Source of the DNA: Microthyrium microscopicum
Taxonomy: Eukaryota
NCBI GenBank assembly: GCA_010405405.1
Contig: MU004239.1
Coordinates: 1,504,722-1,568,721, forward strand
Direction: 5' to 3'
DNA: 64,000 bases
Made by a program: the position numbers and the translations under genes. The notes beneath the pieces were generated by a model, which saw only the letters and a list, made by a program, of their open reading frames with translations, made no database searches and was not told the origin of the DNA. This document shows positions 12,239 to 24,488 of the stretch, piece by piece (within the stretch, counting starts at the first letter, position 1; each line of letters opens with the position of its first letter).

Positions 12239-13780
12239 ATGTTGGCTGCTTCGTATTTTTCGGTTAGCAGGTCAGATCTGCGCAATCTGACAATTGGAAT
12301 TGTAGCTATTGTAAGATTATAAGCACAAATGTTACTCGTAGATTGCTCAAGAATACAGGTCTTTCTTCGCCGACTATATCTGTCAGTCTACAACGTCTTC
12401 TTCCACCCGCTTGCCAATTATCCTGGTCCTTGGGTTTATGCTGCCAGCGATATTCCATCTGTCATCCTCAAACTATCAGGCACTGTTCCTCAGACATATC
12501 TCACACTACACGAAAAGTACGGCACCGTCGTCCGCGTTGGTGTCAACGAACTCTCGTACATCGCACCTAAGGCATGGGATGACATTTATGGCCAACGAAG
12601 CGGCCGAGGTCAGATGGAGCAAGCTGGTGTGATGGCATCGAGCGAACCGTTCGGAGCAAAGAGCATGTTAGCCGCGAGCTCAGAAGATCATAGAAGACAC
12701 AGAAGACTGGTTTCACATGCATTTTCTGATAAGGCATTAAGAGAGCAGGAGCATTTGATTCGAAAGTATGTGGATCTTTTGATGTGTAGACTGAAAGAAC
12801 AGGCCGAAGCACCTGGACCCGTCGATATGGTCAGGTGGTTTAGCTATCTCACCTTTGATATCATTTCGGATCTTACATACGGAGAGAGTTTCCACTGCTT
12901 GGCTGAGTCGAGATACCATCCTTGGGTTACCATGACTTTCGAAACACTGAAGGCCCATACCTTCAGGAATGTGGCCAAATCGTTCGGCTTCTCTCGTTTG
13001 ATTAGCCTTTTTACGCCCAAAGCAGTTAAAGAAACAGGCAAAGCATACGTGAATTTTGCAATAGCCAGCACAAAACGACGTCTTCAAACAGAAACCCAGC
13101 GTCCCGACTTCATTACTTATATCCTCCGGCACCAGGACCGTGATACAGCCATGAGTACTTCTGAAATTCAAGCAAACTCATATCTCTTCATCCTAGGCGG
13201 CTCCGAAACAACCTCCACTGCAATGTGCGGCGTAACGTATTATCTCAGCCGCCATCCAGCCATCCTCGCCAAACTAGTCCACGAGATCCGCATGGCATTT
13301 CCTCTCGAATCAGATATCGACTTTCACGCGGTATCTCAGCTCCCATACTTCCGCGCCGTGCTCAACGAATCTCTCCGCATGTACCCACCCAGTCCCGTCA
13401 ACCGCACTCGTAAAGTACCTGTGGGTGGCGCCAGGATTGATGGACGATTTGTGCCCGAAGATACTATCGTGGGTGTTGCGCAATTTGCGGCATACAGGTC
13501 ATCTAGGAACTTTAAGGAAGCCGATTTGTTCATGCCCGAGCGATGGATGGGTGACCCGAAGTTTTCATCAGATCAGCGAGATGTTTTGCAGCCGTTTTCT
13601 GTTGGGCCACGTAATTGCATCGGGAAGAATCTGGCTCTTATGGAAATGAGGCTGGTTTTGGCGAGGCTTCTTCATGGATTTGAGCTTGGGGAGTGTTTGG
13701 ATGTCGAGTGGTCGAAGCAGAAGGCGTATATGGTGTGGGAGAAGCCGCCATTGCCTGTGAACTTGTCGCTGCGATCCTGA
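12239..13780 (+). CDS. Cytochrome P450 (CYP65/Tri11-like clan)
   Basis: Exon 1 12239-12310, intron 12311-12358. Motifs FFHPLANYPGP, GGSETT (I-helix), ESLR (ExxR), PERW, FSVGPRNCIG heme motif. Confidence 0.93.
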
Positions 13781-14728
13781 TGCTAGTAAAAGTTAAGCGT
13801 GGTGAAAGTGATTAGTTGCGAGTATTCTTCACGTCATTAAGATATACTACCTAACACCATATTCTTCTAGTGGAGTGAGTTCCAAATTGATCTAGGTACT
13901 CTATGTCTGTGTATTTGTGCCATAGGCTTTACTCGTTTGAGCAAAACAACTGGTTATACAGAGCTAAGCAATTCAAGACAAAGATTCTCATACATTCTTG
14001 CGTATATGCTTCTATAAATCTTACCTGTGAGCCCTTACGCCTCTTCTTCGACTGAGTTTATTGGAACATTGATAACTTTTTCAAAGAGTTATTCCTGACG
14101 TTTCAACTACCAAGTGAGTTAAGATAAAGTAAACCAGTTGAATTTCTCATTGTAGACTGCGGCATCGTGTTGCCGCAATGAAATGCATTGCTTTGAAATC
14201 GTGCCGCCTTCACTTTTGTACACTTCCGCGGATTTTTGGAAAAAGGGGTTCTTGTTTACCATTTTGTTGACAAATGAGTTTCTTCCAACTGTGAATTCAT
14301 GGCGAAATGACTTGTTAGATCGACACTCACCAATTGAAACCACGAGAGTCATGAACAGCGAGGCTATTGCCGGCAATAACTTTGCAGTTCGAAGTACAAC
14401 CGACAACGGGAACGTCATTCTTGTTCCGACAACACGAATTTTACCGCGATAGTAAGAAAAATGCCATTGTTTACATAAATCCTCTTGCGTGCAGTTCTTA
14501 GCACATATTTGTTTGTTCATGGCATCACAAAGCTGACTCAACTTTTTCAAAATCGGTGCGGCATGCAGCGGCGGGAATAGGGCGTTTCGCGCGAGTTGCA
14601 GAGTCAGTGGAACTTTTAGACTACAAATATCTGGTATGCCTCTGGACCCAATTTTTATTTTAAAATAGAGACACCAATTTCGTGCAGCAATTAGAGTATC
14701 ACAACCTAAACGACAAATCTGAGCTATT

Positions 14729-16092
14729 ATGGCCCCGAGGAGTGAAACCTCCTCCAAAGCGGAGGACATTGAGAGATTTTCAAAAGAAAATCCCCAAGAT
14801 GAGCCAGATATTGAAAGCATATCAACCCCACAGCCAAGCCGATTATCTTCCGCAATACAAACATTCTCCCCAAACTGGTAAGTTCCCCAAACAATTCCAA
14901 CTTGCCCAATCGACCAGAAAACTAATATTTTGATATAGGTACGCGATATGTATGAACACAGGCCTACTAGGAACCCTCCTCCACCAGTTCCCCTACAAAT
15001 TCCACGGTTCAGATACTATATCAACATGTTTCTGGGTTCTCAACATAGCTCTATTCATCCTCTTCACAACAATCCAAATCATTCGACACATCCTATTCCC
15101 AAAAGCCGCTCTGCGACAAACCCTCGCCACCATGGATGAATTATGTTTCTGGGGATGCGTACCAATCGCACTAGTAACGATCATTGCGCAAACCGCACTC
15201 AACGGGAGCAACACATCATCCTGGGGCGAGAAAGCACAGCACAACTTCACCGTTCTCGCATTTGTACTCTGGTGGATCGATGTTGCGATTATGCTTGTTG
15301 TAGCTTGGGTCGCGTATTACTTGATCGCTAAGAGACGTATGGCGGCCGATATACCAATTCCGTCGTTCATTTTCCTGCCTGCGGTTGGAACAACGACGGT
15401 TGGGCTGGTGGGTGGCATTATTGCGAATTATTCATATGGTGCTTCTGCAAGACTTGCGGTTCCTGTTGTTTTGGTGAGCTATTTGCTCGAGGGGTTTGGG
15501 TGGTGGCTTGCGATCTTGATATATCCGGTTTTTCTGGGTGAATTGTGGTCTAAGGGGCTGCCTATACCGTTCAGGATGCCCACACTTATGATGCTGGTAT
15601 GTCTTTTCACGCAAATATCAAGGATCTTTGCTAATGCTTTTACAGGTTGGTCCAGCTGGTCAAACCGCCGCAGCGCTCAACGTCCTCAGTTCGGCAGCGA
15701 TCAAGCATTTCGGCAACTATGACAAAGGTACATTCCTCACCGTCGAGTCAGCGAAAACACTTCAAGGCGGTAGTATGGGGCTCGCATTGCTGTTCCTGGG
15801 CTTTGACATTTTCTGGGCAATCTTTGTGATTGTCGCGCTCGCCGAAGCTGGATGGAAGAAGCAATTGAAACTTGGTATGCCATGGTGGAGCACGATATTC
15901 CCAATTGGTACGATGAATACTACATTTCTTGTCATGGGTCAAGAATTGGATAGTCCAACTTTCAGAGTTCTGGCCACAGGGCTATACTTGATCTTGCTTA
16001 TAGACTACTTGTGTTGTTGGGTAATGACAGGTTACCTCGTGTATAAGGGGCAATTACTGGATGGACGGCAGCAGCTACGGAAGAAGGATTAG
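14729..16092 (+). CDS. TDT/SLAC1-family transporter (sulfite efflux Ssu1 / malate permease Mae1-like)
   Basis: FSPNW|YAICMNTG, multiple TM helices, VGPAGQ, WWSTIFPIG. Introns at about 14878-14938 and 15597-15645. Confidence 0.88.
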
Positions 16093-16380
16093 ATAGAACT
16101 GGAACTCTAATAATAGATAATGTTTCAAAACCTTCGATTCCATTCCGCGAACTTACAGATTAAAAGTGTCTCTTGATAATAGTCTCTTGCGCGTGTGGTT
16201 AGATTTGGCTTAATGGCGGTCGCGTTTAGGTCCCAGTCGAGGATTTACATGGTTTTCGCGCCGGGAGGGGTCTTTCAAGAAGATTTTAAGCTGAATAATG
16301 GGAGACATTGAGCAAAAGAAGAAACGAATCGCAAGTCACGATAGAAATGATGAGAGATGATCAGAGGAGAGATGAAAATC

Positions 16381-16390
16381 GTGGGATGAT
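16381..16390 (-). promoter_or_regulatory. Candidate sterol regulatory element upstream of ERG3
   Basis: ATCATCCCAC on the minus strand about 355 bp upstream of the ERG3 ATG resembles fungal SREBP (SrbA/Sre1) sites. Short motif, so it may be chance. Confidence 0.35.
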
Positions 16391-16744
16391 TTTGACAGGA
16401 AACGGAACAAGCGAATCCGGTGGGCAGGGACGGATCGCACGGGATATGCCTGCTTTAATTGGTTACCTCAACCTCGTGGCGTCGATTAATCCCTGAACGG
16501 ACCCTTGGAACCCTGAATGAACCGACTTCCTTTTCCGCGACTCCAAATTCTTTCTATCGCCATCTTGATCTTGTCTTTCCCCTCTGTACAGCAACCTTGT
16601 GTCTTTTCTCTGGTACTAAATATATCGTGCTACTCCGCTGGCGTGTTTGCTAATTGGCCCTCGCTTCAGACTCAATCTCATTGGAATAGTTCACAATCAC
16701 GTCGCTAACCAGTGCCATTTTGGCTTCAACCACAATCACCAAAA

Positions 16745-17864
16745 ATGGATATCGTTCTGGAAATTCTTGACGGGCTCGTCTATGATCGAGTCTACGCCGC
16801 CTTACTCCCCGGCTCTCCTGGTCCCAATTCCCTTATGGGATTGAAAAATACCAACGCAACCCTCGGCGAACTACCCACTGCCGCTGGCATCAACAATTAT
16901 ATCTACCAGCCAGCATCCAAATATATCAATCTCGGACCGTCCAAATATGCATACATGAGCTCTCTGCAACGAGACGACCCTCTCCGCCAATTCATATCTC
17001 TCTACATGACAACATGGTACCTACCACCCCCTATTCCGATCCTATCTCAAACACACCAGAACTAACAAAACACACAGGATATTCGGCATGCTCCTATATT
17101 TCGTCTTCGCCACCGCTTCATACTACACAATCTTCGACCACAACACCAAACACCACCCCAAATACCTCAAAAACCAAGTATCCCTTGAAATCAAGCAATC
17201 CATGTCCTCTATGCCCGGCATGTCCCTCCTAACCGCCATCTGCTTCTGGTTCGAAGTCCGCGGCTACTCCCTCCTCTACGACGCGACAGAAGACGGACCG
17301 GGCTACTGGTACAATTTTGCCCAATTCCCCATCTTCATACTCTTCACCGACTGCTTCATCTACTTTATCCACCGTGGGCTTCACCATCCAATGGTATACA
17401 AAACACTACATAAGCCGCACCACAAATGGATCATGCCCACCCCATATGCGAGCCACGCATTCCATCCCATTGACGGTTTCGCGCAAAGTATTCCATACCA
17501 CGTATTTCCCTTTGTGTTGCCATTACAGAAGTGGGCGTACGTAGTGCTATTCTTCTTCATCAATGTATGGACGATTCTGATCCATGATGGCGAATACATG
17601 ACAAACAACCCCATCATAAACGGAGCTGCATGCCATACGGAACATCATTTGGCCTTTAACTGGAACTATGGCCAGTTTACCACACTCTGGGATCGTCTGG
17701 GCGGTAGCTACAGGGCGCCAAGTCTGGAGATGTTTGATAAGCAGAAGAAGATGAGTGCGGATACGTGGAAGAAGCAGACGGAGGAGATGGAGCGCGTGGT
17801 TATGGAGGTGGAGGGTGAAGATGACCGCAAGTATTTGCCGGAGGATGGCAAGAAGACGCAGTGA
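16745..17864 (+). CDS. ERG3: C-5 sterol desaturase
   Basis: MDIVLEILD start; His boxes HRGLH, HKPHHKW, HDG, HTEHH; NYGQFTTLWDRLGGSY. Intron 17017-17077. Confidence 0.96.
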
Positions 17865-18338
17865 CGAAGTTTTGGTCCGAGATTTGGCATTTTGTTCATA
17901 GCATTGTGGTTTTAGGCTCTCATGGCGTGTGGAGTTCGTGCTTTGGTATTTAATACTCCCTTTTATTAACTCATAATTTCCTTTGAAGAAATTGGTTCTT
18001 TTTGCTTGTGTCACAGTGACTGGGGAATACACTACGAAAAAATCATGCCGCTTCGAGCCAGATCTGTCGGTATGAGAACACCATGAGCTAACAGGACAGA
18101 ATAATTTGGAAGAATAATTTTATGTTTGCAATTATCTATAGCTCAGCCTTATCACCAGCAGCCATTGTTCATATCCCAGTCGGTATCACAGTCGCAAGCA
18201 TACATACATTGTACACGTACGTGGAGAAGAGAGAAAACACACCGCCAACACCAATGCCAAACAGGGCAGTTCCCAAGTTCCCAAAACGCCAGCATCAATG
18301 CAGATTCACTTAGGCCTTGCCGCAAGAGGCAAGTCATC

Positions 18339-19898
18339 CTATTGCTTAGCCTTCTTGGCCTTCTTTTCCGCCTTTCTGGCCTTGCGTTCCGCACGCTCTT
18401 CTTCCGTCTCACCATCGTGCTTGCGCTTCTTCGTGCTGTTTTCAGTGGCGGCTGCGGTGGCTTCTGGTTCTTCTGAGACTTCCTTTGCTGGCGCGGGAGC
18501 ATCGATTTCCATCTCGTCAGCAGGTGCTGCGTCCCCAGCTGGTGGTTGATGGTCGACATAGTCCTTCTTCCACGACGCTGGGGTCTCTTCGTTGTTGCGT
18601 CCGAATTTCTGAAGAGGGTTAGCAATAGCCTAGTAAAAGATATGAAGATACTTACGTCCAACTTTCCAGCAGCGACAAGCTTCTTCTTGGCTTGAGCGAC
18701 TGGTCCCAAGCCCCAAGTGCGAGGATATGTGTCGCGCTCCATGATAACACGCTTGACCTTGGCACAGCAGCCGTGGTCGCAGGTAGTCATTTCCACAGTG
18801 GTCATTTGAGCAATACCGATGGCAATGGCTTCACCCTTGGTAGTGATCAAGACGACTTCTTCACCATTCTCGATACCAGCTTCGAATCGAAGAAGACCGG
18901 GAAGCATGAGCTTCGCTCCGTAGGTAATAGCTGCGACGGTCGAATCTTTGACCACAAGACGTTTGTAGCCGGTAAGTAGAGTCTCAAGAGGTTGAATAAC
19001 TTTGCGAAGCATGGACTCGTCAAGAGAGTTGTCGTACATCCATTGAGCATCAAGCACGTCATGGCAGGTGACCATGTTTCCGTCATTTTCACTCATTGCG
19101 CCGGAGCGAACACGTCGTAGCTCTTGCATGTGGGCACCAACGCCCAAGAGAAGACCCAAGTGAACACATAGAGTTCGAATGTATGTGCCGGCCTCGCAGC
19201 TCACCCAGAATGCAGCCAAGTGGCGCGCATTGTCGAATTCAATGAGCTTGGCTTCATGGATAGTTCGGATACGTAATTGACGCTTGACAGCAGAAATAAG
19301 TGGAGGACGTTGGAATAGAGCACCTGTGAGGGTCTCTAGAGCTCGAGCAAATTGAGCTTCGCCACCTTCGATTTTGTCGTGGAATCGGATAACAGTCATG
19401 TACTCTTTTCCGGCACCTTGTTGAGCTTTGACTAGACGAGTTGCGCGGTCGATGCAGACAATGAGACAGCCTGTGACCTTGGGATCGAGAGTTCCGCTGT
19501 GACCAGTTTTCTCGACACTAAAAATTGGTTAGAGCATTTCTCGACCTGTGAAACAGTATAGCATACCGGAGCATGCGCTTGATCCAGGAAACGACTTCGT
19601 GACTCGAGGGGTTGGAAGGTTTATCCAGATTGATAACACCAGAGCTAATATATGACTTGAGATCGCGATTGTGTGGGGTAGAGCCATAGCTCAAAGGTGT
19701 GAAATGACCGGTACGAACGAGAACTGGAGTAAAATGTCAAAAATTAAGCTTGTTATGATATGTTTTCGAAATTTGCTTACGTCGGTCGTAGTTTTTCAAC
19801 AGACCCGGCCACTCCTCTGCAGTAGTCACAGGGGCGGCTTCAGGTCGAATAATAAGTTCTCCACCCAGAACATCATCTTTCTTCAAGGCGACAGCCAT
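18339..19898 (-). CDS. CBF5: H/ACA snoRNP pseudouridine synthase (dyskerin)
   Basis: [43 protein letters not shown] domain, Lys/Glu-rich tail ending at TAG 18339. Three introns, the last at 18655-18609. Confidence 0.97.
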
Positions 19899-20840
19899 TA
19901 TGGAAACTTGATTGAGTATGCTGTCGCAGGCGAGGGGTGGTTGGATTGGTAGGCAATGGCGACAAAAAAGTGTGGAGGTGAAGGTTTTTGATTTTCTCCG
20001 CGTGCTGTTTTTTTGGTGAGAGCAGGGGTCTGGGTCTTGGCGGCCCGAGCTCCCAGCCTGATTGAGCCAGTTAGCTTTGGGCGGCCTCTTGGTCCCGCAA
20101 TTAAATTGACTAGATGCGCAAATATATCATGGACGTAAAATATTGTTTCACTATTTGTTATTTGAGACAGTTGCGATATCAGAGTAAATCGTATGAGGTA
20201 TATCAATACGAAAACTGGTGTGTGAAGTTAGCATTGAGAGTGAGACTAAGGCGAACGAAAAGCAAAGGCATGAATCACTGGAAAAGCTACATTCTTTACC
20301 CGCAGCAAGCATGATCTCACGAAGATGGAGAAGGGAGAAGACTTTGAGCTTGCAACATCAAGATATAAAGGCCGGAGATTGGCGATGTTCACGTGCAAAC
20401 CTGAAGTCATTACTTATGTTGTTTTCAGGTACTCTAGCGACAAAGTGTCGGAGAATAGATGAAGATGAACCAGCAGATTGCAGAAGAGACCAAGTCTCTG
20501 GTTTCGGCAACATAGGATTGACAGCAATGTGAGACCTCAGAGCTGGCCGAAGCCATTGATAAGCCAGGTTATGTGTCAAGTTGATCGAGAGTGACCATTC
20601 AATTTCAACATATTCGACATACCAGAGTAGAGCATTTAAGACGAGGCATAATGATTCATTGCTGCCGCCCAGAAAGCAGTGAAAAGCCACCATTACAATC
20701 CTGCCGCTGTGGAGCCTTCCACTTAAACCAGCAATCCAAAGTCACAAAACACATATAACCAGAACTCCATTCGCTATGCATGCACGCAATTTTGAAGCAT
20801 CATCAAACAGGCCCAACATTAAACCACCCCCAACTTTTAC

Positions 20841-21615
20841 TCAGTCTTCCTCGTCTTCTGCGTCCGAATCTACGCCATTCACCTCCATCGATTCGTCATC
20901 GTCTGACCCAGAGTCGAAATCGAATTCGCCATCCGAATCAGCCCAGTCATCAACGTAGCTGACGACCTCCTCCTTCTTCTTGGCTCCATACGCTTCTGTC
21001 GTTGGCATAATGAAGTCCTTGGGAATATCCTTTTTGCTTGCCTCCAAATCTTTGACCACCATCTCCTTGTATGCCGCTGGGTTATCGCGGAAGAGTACGC
21101 TGGCGTCTACGTTTGCGGGTGAGTCAATGTTGGCGTCGTCAAGCAACGAGATGACAGAGATGAGGACCGATTCGACTCGTTGGACTGGGGACCATCGTAT
21201 AGAAGCTGATTCGCCTGACATTTCGTCCTCGCCGGGAGCGTGTAGGATGGAGATGCAGAGACGGCCGTCCTCGTAGACGTTCGGGTGGTATAGTGACTTT
21301 GTGAAGCGAAAGTCTAGATATGTCAGCAGGCTGCGGTGAGTATTTGTCTGGATGCCTGGGAGGACTAACCAGGTGGGCTGTATGGGTAGTTCTTGGGAAA
21401 GGTCATGTTGGCTACGAAGTATCCGCCGTAGTAGAGAGAGTCCTTGTTCAGGACGATCAGGGCGACTTTCCACTTGAAGACGTTGTCGTTGATAAGCTGC
21501 GCCGGACTTAGTACAATGCCTCAAAAATCGTTTTATGGAAAGATCTTACGGATACATGTAGCCATGGCATATTTGCCAGGTCCTTAAACTCTGTCATGAG
21601 AATTCGTTCAGTCAT
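20841..21615 (-). CDS. Ubiquitin-conjugating enzyme E2, Cdc34/Ubc15-type with acidic loop and acidic tail
   Basis: MTERILMTEF, YYGGYF, FPKNYPYSPP, HPNVYEDGRLCISILH (catalytic Cys), SPANVDA. Two introns, the first at 21549-21497. Confidence 0.93.
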
Positions 21616-22510
21616 GGTGGTGGTCGCGTGCGAGTGTCACAGTTGTCGGATAAGGGCTTCGGTGAGCGATTTGGAGGCGAGTATAGTGGCTGTCGGGACG
21701 AGATGAGGGGATAGTAGTGGGATGTAGAGGTTATAAGGGCGATGGTAAGGCGTAGAAAACGAAGGCGGATCGAATGAAGTTGTGAAAGGAGAGTGTAAAG
21801 TGTAGAGGTGTAGTCAGTTACAGGAGATGGTAGGCTAGAGAAGGCCTGACCTGGTCACTTTTATCACCTTGGGTCTTTGGTATGAGGTTCCGAAGCGCAG
21901 CGGTTAACCCTGTAATAAGCCGCAGCAGTCCGCAGTTGCCTTGCCCCATTGGCCCCATTATCTACATTTACATTTGTCACCACCACTTTGATAATTACTT
22001 ATTGTCTGAGACACCATTTAGAAGATGAAGATGAAGCAATAGTCAGGAGCAGACCGTTTATTGCTCATCATAGCAAAGACATGTAGTCGAGTTGCGTCTG
22101 AGATTGTATCAGATATCCTCATATCCTGAGATCTTCAAGTTACAGGTATATCTTGACACTTGTTATGCCAAAGGTAGTGCAGGACTATGGATCTGAAAAG
22201 TGATGTGGGATATGAAACACTCAGAAATCATAAATTTGATAGTCACAAAAGGCTAAATATCAAATTGCCATAATGCTGTTCACATGTCGTTTTGCAGGCC
22301 CACATCTACATGGTATGTAGTATGCTCTACTCTAACTCCTGGGGTACTCCATAGAGTACGTCACATATGCCCGCTGACGAGTAAACACCACGCATTCTTC
22401 TCGAACTCCATCATCCCACTTCCTTCACACACCTTCGTTAAGTAAATCTAGACTTTGAGGTCTATAGCCAGCAACCTTCTAAGGGACTGCTGCCCTCACC
22501 TTTTCCCATC

Positions 22511-23618
22511 ATGGGCCGTCAAGCCAACATCTCGCGAGCGATCTTACAGGCCATCCACGACGATGACGACGGCAAGAAGAAAAACCTCGCTCGAATTCTC
22601 TATTTCTTCAAAGTCATCGACATTTCCCTGACCAGATTCCGACCCGATGTCTTCGAGCACCTACGCCGCATAGTATGGGAGTTTGACGTCGAAGATTATC
22701 GCCAATCCTTCAACACCGACAGCTTAAAGCCAACCGGCGACCTGGGCTACTCAGGCTCTGTATGCCACAACATCTATCGCGTTTGATCAAATCTAATACA
22801 TGATATAGACGTTCTTCACCACTCAAGATGCCAAATATCTCATCAAATCCCTCCCCCGCCGCTCAGAATATCACTTTTTCAAAGTCGAAATGCTCGACGC
22901 CTACGCCTCCCACATGGCCGAGAACCCCGAATCCCTCCTCGTCCGCATCACCGACTTTCTCCACGCGCCGCGACGTGCCATTGGCAGTATACTGCGTATC
23001 ACCCCAGCCCATCATATTGTCATGGAGAATATACTGTTTGGCAAGGACGAGGATGATCTAGGCGAAGAGTGGGAGACATATGACCTGAAGCCCGTATCCT
23101 ACTTCTACCCCGAACGCGACCTTGCGGGCGGCCATCTAGCCAGCGACGCAGTCAAAGAGCGGTTACTGGATACTTTCGATGACCGCGTACGCGTTAGCAA
23201 GAAACAGAAGGATATATTGATGGATCAGTTGGCGTCTGATAGCAAACTCTTGATGGACGTCAATGTAGTCGACTACTCGTTATTCCTCGTACGATACCCT
23301 GCCGCGCACGTAAACGCACGAGAAATACCGGAAGTTGATGCTAGGGCTTCAGCATGGCGGTCAGGCATCAAGAGCTCAGATGGCAGGTGGATATATCGCG
23401 CTGTGATTCTAGACTTCTTCTGGGCAAAGCACAAGTTCCACGCGATGGCCATGACGGTGCTGATTCGCAGCTTCAATTTCATCAGTGGAAAGGGACATAT
23501 GAGTATCACGACGGATGCAGCTGATTATCGGAAGCGGTTCTTGCAAATGGTTGAGACACTATTTGAGCATGAGAATAGGAGTGATGAGATGCGAAACTTT
23601 GGCACCATGTCGGGATAA
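22511..23618 (+). CDS. Phosphatidylinositol-phosphate kinase (PIP5K core) domain protein, short atypical form
   Basis: GDLGYSGS|TFFTTQDAKYLIKS, SLLVRITD, IVMENI, YDLKP, VDYSL, ILDFF, YRKRF. Intron 22760-22808. Confidence 0.85.
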
Positions 23619-24008
23619 GATGGGCTAGGACGATTCTGAAATTCTCACTTTTTGCAGCTCGGTAAGGTGTTTAAGGTCTTGTTATATACCCATCTGCTCA
23701 TCATACATGGAGCACGTTTGTTTATTTCATCCTGTTTCTCATCAATCCTCCTGTAACAATGAGCTAATAATAAACCAAGCCCATACAGTACACTCCACCA
23801 AAGTCATCCATTTGCAAGTCAACCTCCATGTTCCGTCTCCTAACAAGAATCATAATTATGCATCCGTCAGCGACAGGGCGGAACACCATACAAGGACGGA
23901 TCCTTTATATACTTCAGATATTCGTCGAAGCTACCTGGCGCAGCAAAAACGTTTGCGGCGCGAGCAGTCAATTCGCTTGAGACATTCGTCGAACTTCTTA
24001 ATACGTTG

Positions 24009-24488
24009 TCATCTTCGTCGGCGCTGTTGGCACTGCGATAAGCTCAATGAGCATATTGGCGAGTTATTTGGTTCAACTTGCTGGGCAAACGTACATGTAC
24101 ACCCTCCAGCACGTTCCCAGTGTCCTGGAGTGTTTGTAGCTGTCGCTGCTACTTTCTGGCGTTTGTCGATTGACGTCTCCATCTGGCTGGCATCCGCCTC
24201 GAAGTCCTGGAAACCTCGCTTTACGCCCTGGGATATGGGGACTGCGTTGCCATTCGAGGTAGACGAGTCGCCTGTAGACTGTGGCCTTTCGTTGTTCTTC
24301 TCGAGCTCTTGCACGGGTGCTATCGCTTCTGGTGTTTCCTCCATTACGGAGCGGTAAGCGCTGAACACGGTGATGTCTGTTCTTGTGTGAGGATTCCAAT
24401 ACATGTACCAGTTGGAGTTAACCTGGCGACCAAAGGTAGCTGGCAGTCCCTCAACCTCGGTCATTCTTCGACCGTTGGAACAGCCCAT
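24009..24488 (-). CDS. Small hypothetical protein; 3' structure uncertain (possible intron from about 24094)
   Basis: 159-aa ATG-initiated ORF preceded by a C-rich leader and AT-rich element. No recognisable domain. Confidence 0.4.
   Translation of the reverse strand: MGCSNGRRMTEVEGLPATFGRQVNSNWYMYWNPHTRTDITVFSAYRSVMEETPEAIAPVQELEKNNERPQSTGDSSTSNGNAVPISQGVKRGFQDFEADASQMETSIDKRQKVAATATNTPGHWERAGGCTCTFAQQVEPNNSPICSLSLSQCQQRRRR

Noticed and set aside
14534..14540. TGACTCA (Gcn4/CpcA-type site) upstream of the TDT transporter
   Set aside because: A single 7-mer is expected several times by chance in 64 kb; no supporting evidence.
14119..14820. 233-aa minus-strand ORF
   Set aside because: Non-ATG start, no recognisable motif, and it overlaps the promoter and first exon of the TDT transporter.
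9703..16092. Possible secondary-metabolite gene cluster
   Set aside because: No PKS, NRPS, terpene cyclase, DMATS or cluster transcription factor in the window.
18152..18655. Cys/Trp-rich C-terminus in the ORF-track CBF5 translation
   Set aside because: Read-through of intron 18655-18609; splicing gives the normal Lys/Glu-rich tail.
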